Of a stretch of 64,000 nt of DNA, positions 23,692 to 37,184 are shown one piece after another. Made by a program: the position numbers and the translations under genes. Positions within the stretch are counted from its first letter, which is position 1, and the number at the start of each line of letters is the position of its first letter. Below the pieces are notes generated by a model. That model had not been told where the DNA came from. It made no database searches and worked only from the letters and a program-made list of their open reading frames with translations. This DNA is from Botryllus schlosseri. Its lineage: Eukaryota. The DNA is taken from contig CM119378.1 in the NCBI GenBank assembly GCA_051294905.1, forward strand, positions 12,276,001 to 12,340,000, written 5' to 3'.

Positions 23692-24599
23692 CGACCCACA
23701 ATTCCAGGTATACATCTGACACATGCTTACTACATCATACATACATATACTATCACAACATAACCTCATGCAAGACAAATTCTCAACAAATCGCCCACCT
23801 GTGTTGACTTACTATGAGAGTATGAGATTTTCTCCGTAAATAAGTTACACCTTGGTTGTAGAATGATAACTTGCTGTTGCTGCTGACTTCTATGTTTGAG
23901 CTCCTTGACGGGATGGTAAAAAGTAGCTTAACTTGTGTTGCTTAATCGCTAGTTGATATTCTATCCATTAATCGTTTTGTAGATGTCGGTGCCTTCGATA
24001 TGTTGGAAATCCCCACTTATGTCTTCTTGCCGGTATTCGATATCTGTAATCCTGCAATGGATAACCCACGCCGCGTGTTTGTACAGGGAACTCTTATGAA
24101 CTAGATACAGTAATCTCCGATTTTAAGTTTGCCTACCAGGTCTTCTCACTAGAGAATGACTCCATGCATGTTTCCGTGAAGGCGTGCTGACAAAAGATAA
24201 CTTATTAACCACGAAGTGTTTTATAGATCCAAAAAATTACACCTTTACGATCTTACATTTTGCGACAATCAATGCAAATCTTGGCAGACATGTAGACGAC
24301 ATCCTGCCGTAAAAGCGCCTCTAAAGTTGCAGAATATAGGTTTAAACTCATCGTCAGTACAGAATCGCGAATATATGAAGCCATGTCGCCAGCTGGCCGC
24401 CCGCTACGTCAGTGTGTGTGGTCAGCGACAGAGTTTGAGATTTCAGAAACATATAAGTAAACGCGATAATGTATTTTTCAGTCCGAAATTAATCTTAGTT
24501 TCAACATCCTTAGTGAGATAACAATAGTTTATTCTAAAGAGCTCAACATCACCATCGTTCACTATAAAATGGCTTTAAGAGCTTCTTGGAGGTACAGAA

Positions 24600-24950
24600 C
24601 TTCAATATACAATTGCATTGTATATTCATATTGAAATGAACCCGAATATTTTCGGCTGACACTCGTCAGGGGTAATCGTCAGCAACTACTAGAGAATTGG
24701 AAATAAAATTGTATATCAACAATCGTATCACAAAATATGACGTCACCAGAATGAAAGAGAGAGCGTCCAATGTACTATTTTTAGGTGGTACACGAACACC
24801 TTTTGTTGACAGAGTTTTGGTCGGTGTATTTGATAAAAGTCGACTCCAAGGCACACAAATGGCTTTGACGATATCAACAACGTGCTCTCAAATGGGTACA
24901 GGTAAAAATGAACAAGGCTCCAACTGCAAAACTTCGTCTGTCTCATGTTG
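24600..24950 (-). mobile_element. Probable Penelope-like retroelement 3'/pLTR relic
   Basis: A broken frame reads LESTFIKYTDQNSVNKR (24849-24799), resembling the end of PLE GIY-YIG endonucleases (LES..I.....VNKR, from recall). It lies ~125 nt upstream of the hammerhead motif on the same strand. Confidence 0.4.
24640..24673 (-). ncRNA. Minimal type I hammerhead ribozyme motif
   Basis: Minus strand: ACCC-CTGACGA-G(TGTCAGC)C-GAA-AATATT-C^GGGT. All core nucleotides are present. Helix I is 4 bp (ACCC/GGGT), helix III is a 6-nt palindrome, and the cleavage triplet is UUC (between 24644 and 24643). Helix II is only about 1 canonical bp. Confidence 0.6.
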
Positions 24951-25282
24951 ATAGTCCCTATTCTATAGTCAGCGTTTCTTAATTTTGGTGACGGGAAAAA
25001 TAGGGAAGGCTATTTGAAGAAATGTTAGAATTATTTTGTTTCCGAGTACGGTGACAAAATGTGGTCTTATATACGCTCCGCAACTATTGATACCAGAATG
25101 GAATCAACATACCTCGGCAATAAGTACCAGCAACCAGCGGGGCCTAAATATTGTAGGCCCCGGTACCAGTCATAATATAAGGGGAAATTACAAACATACA
25201 CTGGTAAAAACGTAACAAAAGGTGTCATTATTATGGAACGCAGGTTTTCCCGAATCTGAAAGGAACAGACTAAGCCCAGATT

Positions 25283-25320
25283 GGTAGGTAGGTAAATAGG
25301 TAGGCAGGTAGGTAAATAAA
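25283..25320 (+). repeat. Imperfect (GGTA)n microsatellite
   Basis: ggtaggtaggtaaataggtaggcaggtaggtaaataaa. Confidence 0.7.
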
Positions 25321-26673
25321 TCTGCCGTACGCTTCCGATAGTGAGACGAGCATGGACATTTTGTAAGGTATCATGCCATGACACTAATAATTTCCTATCG
25401 CGATTGTCAAAGAACAAAACGGCGTTTTGGCCTCGTGTCTTTGAGCCGTCGCTAAAATGTGGATCATCGTGTTTCGATATTGCAATCTCGCGGCCGACCA
25501 AGTTTTGAAAGTGGCCATCCCCTTCACTCATTCTTAGCTGGAAACCGCTGGTATAAAGAAATGTGTTGTTCGCATTGCAGCCCATCATTACCGCATCACA
25601 AACTGATGAGATTAGATGCTAATACATGGTTCGTGAGAATAGGCCCATTATAGGAATTTTCAAAATTGATTTGCCGCATATAATATTAAGGATATGAGGT
25701 ATCATCCATGTCACCGATAAGTTTACATAAACTATAGCAAAGCATTTCACGACGAATAATTTTGGGAGTAAAATTATTTGTCTTTTGATTACGACGCGAA
25801 ATCTTTCGGTTTCGGCGCACTAGTCCAATCCCTTTAGTAGCATTTAGATCAAAAATACTTTGTTGCTCGTTATTCTGTCCGGTAATCTCTCACTTTTTTA
25901 TCAACTCCGACTTATTTTCCCGAGAACTTCTTCTCAGATAATATGAAATACGTGATCAGTTGATCACATCTTGACGATGATGAAACCATTGTTCTATGCC
26001 TCCTTGAAGAGACAGGCGCAAGACATTTGTTATTTTTGCTATTGTATTCCGTCTTGTTATAAACAAATTACATCTCTGCAACCAGTAATTATGCGCAATC
26101 AATGAAGTGCCGCGAGATCTAATAACGTTTGGTGGTTGTGATCAATCAGTCAGACGATAATAAAACGTCGGCATACGACAACTTTTAAGCCATGGTTATA
26201 TACAGACTCTCAGTGCTACAGCTTTGCTAACTTCAACAATTCCGTTCTTGACTTCTTAAATGAAAACCCAGTCTCCATGATTACACGTTGAAGTTATTAT
26301 GACTTCATTACCGCACTATTTGCTAATTGCTGCGAGTTGACGATTGCTATTTGTGGTCGATGATTTTTTACAACAGCAAAACCAGTCAGTCGCGCACAGT
26401 TAACAACTATAAAGCTGCATTGTTGGCGCCTTCCCATACTTGCCCCTAAAGCAATAATCCTAGATCAATATCTCTATCCGACTGGTTGTAAACATGGAGG
26501 GTCATTGGGTCACCGAGCCGAGCAACCTGCATATTTATATCGTCTTGGACGCGTGTGTGTAAATACAGGACTTTCTACTAGCTTTTCCGAGTACGCGTCC
26601 TCGGAGTTGACGTCTCAAGTTAACGAATGTTATTAGCCAATCAGAAAAAAAACATCAATCATTGCAGAGGGTG

Positions 26674-26695
26674 AGATAGAGAGAGAGAGAGAGAG
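26674..26695 (+). repeat. (GA)n microsatellite
   Basis: gagatagagagagagagagagagt. Confidence 0.85.
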
Positions 26696-26726
26696 TCCTT
26701 ATTTTATTCCAACCACTTTACAGAAA

Positions 26727-27079
26727 GGTTCTAAACCAATAACGAGAAAACCATTAACGAGAATGGACATGACTGAGAATGTCATTACCGAGAATGGACA
26801 TTACCGACAATGGTCATTACCGAGAATGAACACACGACCGAGAATGGACTATACCGAGCACGGTCAATGCCGAGAATCTAACTTACTGGGGCGGACGTTA
26901 TCGAGATTTATACCTGAGAATCGACACCGAATGTGGCGACGCCGTGGTGCACATACACATGACCTGTACATATGCATAACATGCCCCCATTGGATATATT
27001 GCATTTTCGGTAATGTCCATTCGCGGTGATGTCCATTCTCGGTAATGTTCATTCTCTGTGATGTCCATTCTCCGTAATG
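26727..27079. mobile_element. Foldback-like element, copy A: inverted arrays of a 16-bp unit around a ~125-bp core
   Basis: Starts GGTTCTAAACCAATAACGAGAAAACC. The left arm is (ACCGAGAATGGACATT)n and the right arm is its reverse complement. The core is shared with the copy at 63586. The right terminus is eroded. Confidence 0.85.
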
Positions 27080-30000
27080 TATACTTCTATCTTCGCGAGG
27101 AAGAACAATCAGGCGGGAGCTTGTGGCACCACAAGGAAGAAATCACACCAAGTGACTTTCCATATATGGGTTTGGGTATACATCCTTACCCTGCTAAGCC
27201 ACTATACACTTTGTGCTTCGTATCCAGAATCATGAATGGACGTGCGGCTAAGGGTAATGATCGTCATGGAGCATGCAAATAAGCGAATGGATCAGGCGAG
27301 AAATAATCAAACTATAGTTTGAGCGCCAATACGAATATGGAAAATAATTATTATTACATATTATTTTGTCCATTGAATTCTTCTTAATCCAAGGAATCGT
27401 ACTAATATTTCGTTTAAGTTGTAATGACATGGCAATAATATTGCAATGTAAAAGCTGATGCCAACAACTGCCTGAAGGAACCGGGTAACTTGCAATTCCG
27501 TTTTGCTCCGTTTATCGAATTACTAATCGCCCCCATCTCATATTGCTATCAACTGAGAATTTTCAGCGAGGGCAGCGGACGCGTAAATGCTATCGAACTG
27601 CTAGTTGTTTCCATTAGCGGGAAGAGGCGGTTCTAGGTCACTCATTGTGAGAAAATATATTTTGGTTCGGATTTCAACATCGCCTCCTTTCTACTGTGTA
27701 AACATTGTAACGTAATATCAACTTCACGAGGGAAATAAGTTTTAACAGACCGTGCCGATGTTTTCACATCGTAACGCTACGTCCAGATGGTATAAGCGCA
27801 CGGGGAGAATAAGACCCATGTCTCGGCGGTTTGTTTACGTTGGTTAAAAACGGAGAAAGCGAACTGCTCAATAGCAAGATACAGGTTAGATACAATAACT
27901 GTTACTAACACAAGCCGCGGTAATATAATTAGATCGGTGTTTTGTCGATCGACGAGAAAGCTGGTACGGGCAACTTTCGTCATGATGGTATGGAGTCGGT
28001 AGTTGCGGAAACGCAATGATAATTTCAGCACTCATTGATTTAAAAGTATACCGCCCCGTGAACGTTACGTTTTCCGCGCACCCCACGAGCTCTGGCCGAG
28101 TTGACAGAATCGCCAACCGTACCTAAGTTTACCCCGTGTCTAATTCTGTCTAATGCGGTCGAAAGTACCCCGTCCCTCAACTATCAAGCTCAAAATGTCA
28201 ACATGAGATCAAACTAATATTCGTTTCGTGGGTCGGTGAAGGCTAGAAACCGTTCAGTTAAAACTATAATACATTTCCGCTGTTCCGTGCCGTTCGATAG
28301 AAATCCTTGTTGTTACGAAGAGTAATTGCAATAGCAAACTTTCTAGAGCTAGCATTCGGCGTGCCGCTTCCACGATACCATGTTGATTGAAGGTCCTCAT
28401 GAGCTAGCGTGAGCAGTGAGCACTGAACAGCGAGCAGTCAGCGCAATGCAACAGAACGCATTAGTTTCATATTGTGTGAATGTAGTCTGTATGGAAGTAG
28501 TTTGGAAATGAAACCTGATCATTAAAAATGAAGGTGAATTATGTACTTACGTACATTCGTCACAAATCTAATATGATATCGCAGTTCTGCGACGTAGCGA
28601 GTTCACAGTTGCAGACAAAAGACTCCTATTTTACCTTAAGTAAAATACACAATACATCAAATCAGTAATATAGGTAATACAGGATTTTGTGCGCTATGAA
28701 TATGCCAAGTAAATTGCTTACATGGGAAAAACGTCGTAGTTGGACCGGGACCGGGGCCGGTGCTACGGTTTCAGTTATCTTAGGCCAGGTTTTGGCTTTA
28801 TGTACCTATCAATGGGGTTTAACATTATATAATTTCCCAGCATCGAAAGGTTGCTATTGCATCACTTTTACAACGGAGTGACATTGCCGGATATATCGAC
28901 CCAACCCTCCGCCATATCAACTCAAAATCAGACAATCTATAGCCGCTATGGAGGGCCACTTTGTGATCAAGGTTATTGTCCGCTGCACGTGTATAGATCT
29001 GGGTAAGAAAATATATCAGGCGACTGATAATGCAAAAAGTATAGAATTTTACCGATATAGCCGGAAAAGCGCTCGTCCGACCCCGTGACCAAATGAAACG
29101 TACCGGAGCAATTCTCACGCCATGTTGATGAGTCGGAAACCGTAATCACCGTCTCCCAGCGTAGATGCGTAACCGCACGTCTTCGACGCGATGATTGACG
29201 GCTGTAGGGAATGACCCCACATGTTCAACAGTCGGAGACGCGCGCGGTTACAGAGGCGCAGTTCGCTAAACAAACTCAGACTATCAAAAAATCAATCGCA
29301 GTGACTCAGCTGCAATAAATCCCGACACGGTATATTGCTGTCTAGGATTGCGAGAAGACGGATCGCGGAGGAAGTTACAGGAAAAGTGCAAACTGCTATA
29401 TCACGCTACCAGACAGTTTAGTGACCCGGAATGGTTGCGCGTATTATCAACGCGCGTTTTACTTCATCCCATATTGTACAGTATATACAGTGAGAAATAG
29501 CGCGTCCACTTTATTTGAGTATATGGGTCTGTTGGTTTGATGGTTTCATGATGTTTGCGCTGGTGTCGGGAAAATCGTAAGTTTACGATAGGAAATACTT
29601 TCGACACGTTTTCCAACTATTATTTTCCGTCGGTAATGCGTTATTGTTAAAGACGTCACATCGCAGACTACTCTGAAACGATCTACAGCGCATGAACATG
29701 CAGCGTCTATTTCTCTTACCTGACCGTGTCTTATAAACATATCGTTGAGAAAAGCCATTTCGCATCGAATCCGCGACAAAAGTTTGCGTCATCGCCGATT
29801 CCGCGTGTAAGTCGAACTCGTTGTGACGTGTGTTTGGGGCAATCACCATAAATCAGGTTATGGCGATTTTGACAGAGGAATTTACGAATCAACTAAGAAG
29901 CAACACATCACTTCATAGGTACGCACGTCTATACATACTGTTTTGTTATCGTGTCATGATCTCACAATAACGACCGCAGCTGAAAGGGTGTCGAAATAGC

Positions 30001-30290
30001 CAGCTTACACTAGTGGAAGTGCTTTAGCCTTAGGTATTGATTTTCATAACTATCAATAACCGATCATAACTAGCAGTCATTTACGAATATCCCGAGGGTC
30101 ACTAAAGCAAATATTGGCTGTTACTACACACCATACAGCGAGGGATGGGCATTGGGCAATTGTGCACATTTGCAGCGTTGCAGTGTATGTCCACTTTGTG
30201 TGATACGTCACGGCACCTCTCCAATCAAAAATAAATGTTCGAAACAGTACCATAGAATTCGTAATAGTTAGGACGAAATATTGATGATCT

Positions 30291-30682
30291 CGCACTTGTA
30301 CTAGTTGCTCAAGGGGTCATGTATTTCCACTTGTACTTGCATTTTTTGTCACAACTTCATATTTTGTACATTAGATTTTGCGAAAGTATTTGAACAGGCC
30401 ATTTGGCTTGCGGAACTTCAAAATATATAATTTTGTAAAGTAGAAAGTATTTTAAAACTATGTTTTCATCACTTTAAAGGGTGACGCTATGGTACCAACA
30501 GGGCGAAATTGCCCCTGTATCATGGTAAGGGTAAATTTTCAGATCAGTTGCCTAATATCTCCACTCGAATCACTTTTGAAATGTCTCTGCAATCACTACT
30601 GCTACTCATAATTGAGTAGAAATTTGCCGAAATACTTCACCTTCTGCTTGAGTACCAACACTGACTACTTTGAGCACATTTG
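30291..30682. mobile_element. Eroded Tol2-like hAT MITE fragment
   Basis: Shares blocks (TTTTGTAAAGTAGAA, AATTGAGTAGAAATTTG, CTACTTTGA.CAC) with 46552-46996 and ends in a degenerate terminus. Confidence 0.55.
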
Positions 30683-33600
30683 GTTATATTTCTGTGGTAT
30701 GGTCGAAAATCGGTGCGAGTACACAAATTTGAGGATATCACTAAAGCGTGTATGTCTACTGCACAACTGAATGCGTGTTGGCTGTGTCGCATGGGCTTCG
30801 TCTTAAAAATGAGCCCCACCGTATATAAAGAAGGTAGTAAACTGTTTTGTTCCAATGAATGATGAGAGTATTCCAGTGACTGCATCACGCATTTCCTTTC
30901 CAGATGCTGGCTGCGCCCTTTCTTCTTGTCAATCTATTAGTTTTCAATCCAATCGAGTTTCGCCATCACACTGTCTTGTTGAAAATATTTTCACCCTACA
31001 CACCTCATTATGTGTGCAATCCGTCACTTCAGTTACTCAGCTATCCGCGCGGACATCGCAATTTCACTACGTCTCCGGCGTGGGTATACTTATATAGTGA
31101 AGATGGATGTGTGGTGATGTGGGGGTTGTATTATATTTTATTATTTTAATTGTAATTCGTGACTACTTACAACAGAATATATTAAAACGTCGTGGTTCGG
31201 CCCAGAGTAGTGGTGCTGTTTATGAGCATCTTCGATGCACGATAGGCCTATGATCGAAGCACTTGCGAATATGCCGCATGCAGATCAGACGAGTTGCTGA
31301 TGTCAAAATATATGCTATGACCGACCTCAGCTTAGAGCAAAAACAGACGTTAAAACGTCGCTTAAATGGACAGTTGGACAACAGACATGTAGACTGGTAT
31401 CCAGATTTTTCTGCATTTTTATTTTTGTATTTTCCAGCCATCTGTACTTCTATATAGACTAATGACAAAAAAGGAATCCGAAATTGGTGCTAGCTTTTCT
31501 TTGTGTCTTGCTTACGTTCAATTAAACGATACATCAGGTGGGATTGAGTCACATTTAACTGTGTACGCTTTGTACATATTCATGTGTCAACGCTTCTGAC
31601 AAATTGCGGAACATATGGCGACAATAACTTTACAAAACTCACTTCGGAATTTTAATTGATTCATGCTATTTTTTGCAATAGATCTGTTGACCGAGCACTT
31701 TTTTACTTTTTAAAAGTTGACTAAATAAGCTCCTCGTGGAACAGAAAGTGTTATTCTGCCATTCTTACGTCACACTGTTTATTTCGTCCTTTTGAAATTC
31801 GAATTTTGATCTCCGCATTTACTGACGGTAACTCCCGATGAGAGTCAGTTGAAAAGCTGAGAGCGAACAAATGTAGTGATATAAATTTATTGTTCGTTGC
31901 AACATTCAAAAGATGACTACATATCGTACGACATTGGAGACACACTTGGCAAATACTGCATTTGCCTTGACTGGTACTAGCTGTCACCTCACAGCACTGA
32001 AGACATTGTATAAGCAGGCACTTGACTTTAAGAGTTACCTACTCTGCCAGTTACTTTAAAATATCGCATAGTCTGCCGCCGCGAGGACGCGTCTTTCTGT
32101 TTGCAATCGTATAATGTCTGGTATTCCTGGTTTATATCATAGGCTGGAAATAGTTCATTTCCATAATTTGAGTAAGACATGTTGTTTTGCCTTCTTATTA
32201 CAAACACATAATAATATGCTTCAAAAAGGACCACCTTTCAAGCATGTATGCCATCTACAAAAATGTAGCACGGTGATAGCAATGCCGTAAACATTTAATG
32301 GAATATAAAACACAGCAATGTTTTCCGCTTGGAATTTCTTCGCGCTATATGCCATTTATACAGATGTATTTATTATGTTTGTCATTCGTGCCCTCTGTGT
32401 TGTACAAACCAGACACAGTGACGTATTTTGACGTCACGAAACTGAATTTCTGCTAAATGTTCTCGCCCCGCACTCGCTGTATAACAGGAAGTTTCCAATA
32501 ATATATGATTGCCTTAGCGCCAAGAGGATTTATAGTTGTGAATAACAGGATAGATTGGCCTATTTGTAAATACATTATGAGATTTTGAATAACACTCATA
32601 AATAATATAATTTATCGTTTATTAAACGAAATTCCGTCACAGGATATTGAAATCAACGTTCAATAGCGTAATACTGTATACAGTATCGCACAACTCTAGA
32701 GAAAGTCACGCTTCAGACATCATTGAGGGTTGGGAATAGTATATGGATTGTTATGATTGAAAAATCGTGATTTCCCCTACATAGGAGTCCTTTTAAAGTT
32801 GATGGGATATTTTCGAACGAATCTTTCGTTGCTTGGTGATTTGTACAGGCGCTTATTAAAGACTCTGATAAATCGAGATGGCATCATATATTATCTATTG
32901 TGGTCAATGGGGAATTATTTGACAACATGACACCGTGTGTCATGCGCGGTGTCTTGTCCCGGATCACAAAAAGGATGTCTCTAAGAACGGTAAACATCAT
33001 CTATGTCCGGAGAGAATCACGTTAAAGTCACCTTCTTATAGCTGCCGCTCTATTCTATAGGTTTCATCAATCAGAACATCTGTCCAATAAAATCACGCCA
33101 CCTTTTGAATGCGCTAGCTCCATCTTTATATGACTAGAAGTCGGCGAATGATAGTCTTCATGGTTTTATGAGATATCTGCTTTGATCGTCGGTGGGGGCG
33201 TCAGCGACTTTTTACACAGTGTTGTGCATAAAATGCAGGGGGCCCTAGTATTGGCCGCATAGTGACGCAAATTTGTTGACGCACATGGTCCCGGAAATGT
33301 GTCTGTATAGCCGTTGGTACACTGATAAATCAGACTACTTTCGATGGTTTGCTAATCTAAGGCTTCATCACAAGTTGTTGCTGTTGTTGTAGTGCCCTTT
33401 ATCTCATAAATCAGGATTTCAAGAATACGTAGTATAGCGTATAATGTTATATGTATGAAAGTTAGTAGGTACATTGGTACAATGATTTCGCAGCAGGCTT
33501 ATCCTGCTATGCATTATCAATAATCTATTCCTAAACTGATTCTAGTTTTTGAGAAACTTCTCATCGAGACGTTTTCTCGACGAGAATTTTTTGTGTAATG

Positions 33601-33868
33601 TGTTGAATAGCAAACTTCTACGATAGTAGGAATCCTCGAAATCGCGGTGACCATACATCAGGCCTAGTAATCTGGAAACGTATTGTAAAACTACTATATA
33701 AGGCGTGCATTCACTACAATATTGTCGCGAAACACAAATAAACAAGATATAGTCTGCTGATATACACTTGAGACCATAATTTCCTGCAAAACCTTCGGAA
33801 CATGCGTTTGCATAATTACATAGTAGTTCCAATACCATACAGTCACGTTAATAAACTTGTATGGTGAC

Positions 33869-34388
33869 GAGGGCTGGGCAAAATCGACTACGTGAGTGAT
33901 TCGATTCTGAATCACGTATTATGATTCTAGTCGAGTATTCGAATACCACTCATTATGACGTCATATCAGAATGTAATATGTCAAAGTTCAAATATGTACC
34001 TTTTATGCCACCACAAGGAATATAATGCCTGGTATTCATCACAGCAAAGATACTTAGGTATATTTTTCGACCATACCGATTTCATTGCACGTTGTGACAA
34101 TGTTATGGGGTGATCATGACTTCGTAAATGCACTATTTCCAGTATCATTCGTAGCTTTTTACTATGCTTTGTATGCTGCGATAAGGACAATCACGTACCA
34201 CAGGACAATCACGGTTACCACAGTGGAAAGAGTATCGTAAATTTAATTCACGTTGATAAATCAAATTTCAGTGGCGAAGAGCGTATAATTTCAGTACTCA
34301 AAAAAATCGTCTTTTACTACTCGACTCCAATCATTGAAATTAATACTCGATTCAGATTCGAGTACTCGAATCATTGTGCCCAGCCCTA
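33869..34388 (-). mobile_element. ~515-bp hAT MITE family, copy 1 (opposite orientation to copies 2 and 3)
   Basis: TIR (T)AGGGCTGGGCA, subterminal palindrome GATTCGAGTACTCGAATC; 8-bp flanks atggtgac/attttgac (6/8); alignable end to end with 43322 and 52217. Confidence 0.9.
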
Positions 34389-36169
34389 ATTTTGACTGTC
34401 ATTTCACGTGGCAAGGGTGGCATTTGCATACAACCCTGATTATAGAACAGTAGTGAGAGTCGAGAGTCATTAATACTATAATAATTACGATTATAATTTC
34501 TAACAAAATGTAGGGTTTGTCGGATATACCGACCGGACCGCTCAACGAAATGATAATACGTTCGCAGACCTAATAGCAATACCCTACAAAAGCGCCTTGC
34601 TTGACTTTTATTGGTCACGTGTGAATAAGATATTTATCTTTGCTTACCTCAAGAGTAATTTGCTATGGCTATATTTACTTACATTACACCACCAATCCAT
34701 GATTGGAGAGCGGACCAGCGGATATTCGGACAAGCATGATTTGTTTCGTCTCGCAGAGATGAAATGTGCGAGTGTACTACCAATTTCTGTGCTGCACTTA
34801 TTGAGCAATGCGTACTGATCTATATTAAAGTCTGGTTATCTTCTGGTGGAATATATCCAGATGTTACATCGGCAGATTCTGTAATGAAAAAAATGCATGC
34901 CATTCTCCTACTGCAATTTTAATCCCATCGTTCAACCGTTCCCTTTTTCGCTTATCGTTACATTAATTTCACCTTAATGCGCGCGATTATTTCCACCAAC
35001 TGTGTTTATCTTCGAACCTAACGTGCGCTTATGACGCTCGCGAATTCAAGCATGGAAGTGAATATGCGGGCGAAAGTTGAATGTCCCAATTTGTAGGTAG
35101 CATAAAAGCGCACTTAAAACCCGAGAAAGGGCGAACAATGCGCGTAATTGATCTGTTCTTGGTTAGTAGCTTGATAAAACAGTATATTTGGGCTAGCGTC
35201 GCACACTTCATCTTTGTACGGAAAGTCCTCAAATCACGCATCGAGTACTTCTTGCCAATTCCGACAATCACAACTGATTGATGCTTACCATTAAGTATGA
35301 GACCTATATATCAAATTTATATGGAAAAGTATAATTGATCTATGATTATAATTGACGTGTTGCCTTTTAGTTGCACACCTGTCCAGCGATTCGTGGTTGG
35401 CTACTTCCCGGTAAAAGCAGCCAAACATCGCTACCAACATCAAAGTTGTTCCAAGTATCTGCACATGGGAAAGTTAATGGATAACGGAGCGTTTGTTATG
35501 GAAAACGGATATTCGAAATGCCTACTCTTGGCATATGGCAGATCTTTGAACCGAACATACTTCCGGTCCTTACATGTGTACCTCATTTCCGATATTCGAC
35601 CATTTAATCTTATAAAGTAGAAAGTATGTCAATACTGTTTCTTTGACTTTCGTGGCGCTTCTATCGCTTGGCCGACCAAACACGTTTAATTGTTCAAGTG
35701 GTTAGTGATAGTGAATTGATGGGATGGTGCATCAAGTAGAAGTTGGACTAGAGTAAAGAGCAGTCGAGTGTTGTTATTTTTATACGTGGGATATTCTTGT
35801 AATCCGCTCTTGTAGTTGCCATGACATCACTCAACGTGTCTGAAAGTTAAGTGATCGGCGCTGTACATGCGGGTGAAACCTGAAGTCTGTGAGAATCATT
35901 GGACAATTAATTCATTTCTTCTCAGCTGTTACCATTCTGGAGGGCTTCGGACCAAGTTCGATATAATTTCGACTTCATCACGCGTTCAAACTTTGATGTA
36001 TAGTCATATAGGCTGCGTTCCGTGTATAGGTATATTGTATAGTACATGTTTTAACTGTTTAAGGTACATACTTACTCAGCTGGTTATGATTTTAAACTAT
36101 TTTTACTGCGCAGTTTCCATGTTTCGGTAAAATTAGGCCTAATACTTACGCTATTCTTGCGTGGAAATC

Positions 36170-36259
36170 GTAATTTCCACTCGCACTTGAGTATAAATTT
36201 TCGACATTACTGCTATACTTCTAATTGAGTACCAACGATGACTTCTTTGACCACCTCTG
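36170..36259. mobile_element. Terminal fragment of the Tol2-like hAT MITE
   Basis: AATTGAGTACCAAC...CTTTGACCACCTCTG; the reverse complement begins CAGAGGTGG. Confidence 0.5.
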
Positions 36260-36638
36260 GAATCTCAAGACATGTTTCCGTTGGATGAACACATATCTCG
36301 CCAAATACGGTGGCTATGACATGCGACATCTATGCATAATTGTAATCATTCTTATTGATTTTTCCTGAGCTTCCGATTAATAACAAGGCCTACTTTCGTT
36401 TGAAAGCGGCAATGTGGGTCCTCGATAAACCTCGGTCGGACTGGAACCAAAGGTCCATCGGCGTTGTAGCGGTGAAGCGGTGAAGAATCGCCACCCCTGT
36501 CGCAATAAAGCATACAGTGTGCTACAGCTCTGCCTCGATTGAAACCATCATACAGATTGCTTCTGCAACAATCTAGTCCGTTATGTACCCAAATCAACTA
36601 ATTATACAAATCTCCGTCTTCCTAAAACCATATTTATT

Positions 36639-37184
36639 TGGCGTTGCATTTAAAACAAATGGTTGTTTAAAACACTTTGTTTAAAACATGTTTTAAACAG
36701 TGTTTTAAACAAAGGCCTTTAAAAAAATGTAACCTATATATTTATGCCATAATTGTGTAAATACTTTCCATGCTGTACGAGCCTACGGACGACGATTACC
36801 ATCCGATATAACCGACATATACGACATGGGACGGTTGGAACCCTCGGAACAGTCGGTTCAACAGCTAGATAGAGATCATTGGTACGGAATGAATGTTCTG
36901 ATGATGATTACCGCCGATCGTTAAAATGCTGCATGACGATGTAGCGCTTGTTTAAGATATTTTAGGTCTGTATATGACAGGGGTTGGAAGCCTGTTTCGT
37001 CAATGGAGCTATTTTTACCCTATACTTTCCATTGGGAATGCCAATCCAATATGACGTCATCATTGAATATTGGTGACGTCATGGCTTACAAATAAATAAA
37101 AATAATAAAAAGCATGTATGAAAACAAGGGCCTTGATTTAAACATGTTCGTTTTAAATTGATTTTTGTTTTAAATGCAACCCTA
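36639..37184. mobile_element. Old hAT-like MITE (~545 bp) with TTTAAAAC subterminal repeats
   Basis: Left GTTGCATTTAAAACAAA and right TTTGTTTTAAATGCAACCCTA are inverted repeats; the TSD is not convincing (4/8). Confidence 0.55.

Noticed and set aside
25067-25588. 173-aa ORF with FSDGSKT (RNase H-like TDGSK)
   Set aside because: A single short motif; the ORF runs through a microsatellite and lacks the other RNase H residues.
26727-27079. Repeat arrays as a CRISPR array
   Set aside because: The units are contiguous with no unique spacers, they are arranged as inverted arms, there are no cas genes, and the context is eukaryotic.
31870-31990. GKCSICQ...HL as a BED finger
   Set aside because: The upstream Trp/Phe and the second His are absent.
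33981-34190. Similar ORFs in the three 515-bp elements (also 43511-43732, 52210-52431)
   Set aside because: Similarity comes from the shared MITE sequence; frames and stops are not conserved between copies.
35480-35600. IFEPNILPVLT resembling an RTE-clade RT thumb motif
   Set aside because: Needs several frameshifts and has no supporting RT motifs nearby.
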